From: a virus
Taxonomy: Duplodnaviria > Caudoviricetes
Strand: one strand, 5' to 3'
IMG/VR virus record: IMGVR_UViG_3300031949_001696
DNA: 64,000 nt
The first letter of the stretch is position 1. Every line of letters begins with the position of its first letter. The translations under genes and the position numbers were made by a program. Below are positions 62,872 through 64,000 of the stretch, one piece after another. The notes beneath the pieces were generated by a model. It was not told the DNA's origin, did no database searches, and saw only the letters and a list, made by a program, of their open reading frames with translations.

Positions 62872-63546
62872 CTAGTCCTCGACCCATCGCCGGAGCAGGT
62901 TGGTGTGCGTCTTGGACAACAGATCGACCTCCGGCGTCTTGCCGAGCTGCTTGGCCAGTCGGTGATGAGCGGTTCGGAGGTCGAAGATGATCTCGCGCTT
63001 CGCGGCGTCGCGCACGAGGCTGCGGATCCACGTCACCGCGGCCAGGCGCGTTCCCCTCGTGATTTCTTCGACTCGGTGGAGCGCGGTCGCTGGATAGAGG
63101 ACCGCGCTGCCGGGCGGCAGCTTGATCGAGCGCTCGCCGGTCGGGAAGTCGATCACGAGCTGCCCGCCGTCGTAGTCGGCCGGATCGGACAGGAACAGGG
63201 TGAGCGCGAGGTCGACGCGCATGTCGCCCATGAGCGCGTTGTCCATGTGCGTGCCGTAGCTCATGCCGAGCGTGTAGCGGGAGAACAGCGGCGGATGGAT
63301 CTCTTTAGGCTGCGCCGCGGCCATGAAGAGGCCGTGGTCCCAGAGCAGGTCTTCGAGGAAGTCCTGCATCTTCTCGAGCTGCGGATCGCAGTTGTCTGGA
63401 TCGTCGCTGACCTGCTCGTTACGTTTGACCTTGGCGGCGTTTCCACCCGCGGTGGCGCGGCCGTCCTCGAAGGTGGCCTCGGCCAGCCAGCCGCGAAGGC
63501 GGGCGACGGTGGCTTCGTCGATCAGGTTCTCGATGAGGGTCAGCAT
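62872..63546 (-). CDS. PKHD-type Fe(II)/2-oxoglutarate dioxygenase (YbiX/PiuC-like)
   Basis: DGRATAG..A.VKRNEQ, YGTHMDNA, R.DL..TLFLSDP..YDGGQL, LHRVEEITRGTRLA.V.W..SLVRD and NLLRRW. Confidence 0.92.
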   Translation of the reverse strand: MLTLIENLIDEATVARLRGWLAEATFEDGRATAGGNAAKVKRNEQVSDDPDNCDPQLEKMQDFLEDLLWDHGLFMAAAQPKEIHPPLFSRYTLGMSYGTHMDNALMGDMRVDLALTLFLSDPADYDGGQLVIDFPTGERSIKLPPGSAVLYPATALHRVEEITRGTRLAAVTWIRSLVRDAAKREIIFDLRTAHHRLAKQLGKTPEVDLLSKTHTNLLRRWVED

Positions 63547-64000
63547 GGGACCTTTCGTCAGGCGACGGCGCCCTTGATAGCGATCACGAGCGAGCACAGG
63601 TGATCCGCTGGGATGTTTTTCGTTACGAGCGCCGGGACTGCCGCTTGGCAGGAACGGATCGTGCTGGATCGATCGTTGCCCAGAGCCGTCGGTGAGAGTC
63701 GGACCTGGATCGTGGCGGTTCGCACGCTGGCCGCTCCGCGGACCATCCGCCGAAGCGCCCCGCCTGGCTTCTTGATCTCGATCTTGGTCAGCAGGCCCTG
63801 GTCCTTCGACACGTGCTCGGTGATGAGGGCTTCGAGCGCCTGCTGGATGCGATCGATGGTGGTGTCTCGATCGTACGCGTCCGTCGCGCCTGGCGTGCCG
63901 CCGCTCTTGCTGGAGATGATCGAGACGCTTAGTAATAAGTTCACGGCAGGATCTCCTAGTGCCCTGGTGCGAAGGGTCTGCGATCACCGACGCGCAGCTG

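Noticed and set aside
1-64000. tRNA, rRNA, tracrRNA, cas1/cas2/cas4, reverse transcriptase/DGR, capsid or terminase genes
   Set aside because: No diagnostic motifs or anti-repeat were recognised by eye. Absence needs confirmation with tRNAscan, Infernal and HMM searches.

Overview
GC-rich (visually about 65%) segment with densely packed small genes, best explained as part of a large phage, prophage or other large mobile element. It carries a lysis cassette, collagen/Hep-Hag/SASA fibre-like proteins, a UvrD helicase, two RNA ligases plus an RlaP-type nucleotidyltransferase, a LAGLIDADG endonuclease, a wHTH-sigma70 fusion and dozens of small hypothetical ORFs. No rRNA, tRNA, capsid or terminase gene was recognised. 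The main features are two independent minimal type V CRISPR loci. Each has a Cas12m (V-M/V-U1)-like effector, its own 36-bp-repeat array and a small ribbon-helix-helix gene, and no cas1/cas2/cas4 was recognised in the window. The two effectors differ at the RuvC triad: canonical D-E-D in locus 1, and the nuclease-dead H-D-D of characterised Cas12m in locus 2. Other notable signals: (i) a shared N-terminal peptide tag (KK[ST]xAQLDREIxxxL) on five otherwise unrelated proteins, plus two further N-terminal tag families; (ii) recurrent 7-8 nt tandem duplications in the array and intergenic DNA; (iii) 45-80 bp direct repeats at gene boundaries that flank single-gene cassettes. All family calls come from motif recognition by eye, with no database searches.
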